This document shows, in pieces, positions 63,773-64,000 of a stretch of DNA of 64,000 nt; positions within the stretch are counted from its first letter, which is position 1; every line of letters begins with the position of its first letter. Origin of the DNA: Eledone cirrhosa (Eukaryota); NCBI GenBank assembly GCA_964016885.1, contig OZ024740.1:224378001-224442000 (forward strand), in the 5' to 3' direction. A program made the translations under genes and the position numbers. The notes below the pieces were generated by a model, which did no database searches, was not told where the DNA came from, and saw nothing but the letters and a program-made list of their open reading frames with translations.

Positions 63773-64000
63773 CTGGCAAAACCAAAAAAACTTAAATTAA
63801 ATAATGAAAATAAAATAAACAATAAGAATAAGATATTCAATGAAATTGATGAGATAGTTGTTAGGGAAAATCTATAAATCGATAATACTACACAATCCAT
63901 GTCTCCTTGTCTACCTCTAATTTTTTCTCACTGCAACTTGCTGAAAGTCTAAGGTGAGAGAGAATAATAGATTTTACTTTACCTCTTTGTTCTTGATAGA

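Overview
AT-rich, microsatellite-dense eukaryotic DNA with no confidently identifiable host gene. The repeat families (RTE LINEs with (GAT)n tails, tRNA/CORE-type SINEs, Penelope-like elements) suggest a mollusc, probably an octopod cephalopod (inference). The standout is a near-complete, decayed endogenous parvovirus/densovirus-like element at ~34450-39283 (- strand). It keeps a terminal hairpin, a CCAAT/TATA promoter, a PLA2-bearing capsid gene and an HUH+SF3 NS1 gene, but in the order hairpin-VP-NS1 on one strand, which is neither the canonical monosense NS-VP nor the ambisense layout. A splice donor just before VP and an acceptor just after it hint that the capsid gene sits inside an NS1 intron. 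The element is interrupted by a Mutator-like element (itself carrying an RTE fragment) and a SINE, both with target-site duplications (TSDs). The window also holds an intact-ORF Penelope-like retroelement with inverted pseudo-LTRs, several hammerhead ribozyme motifs, RTE LINEs with a PHD-like finger, a 5'-inverted LINE, a LINE-derived 99-bp minisatellite, a mariner relic, piggyBac-type MITEs and a Helitron end. Everything was read by eye, so boundaries of decayed repeats are approximate.
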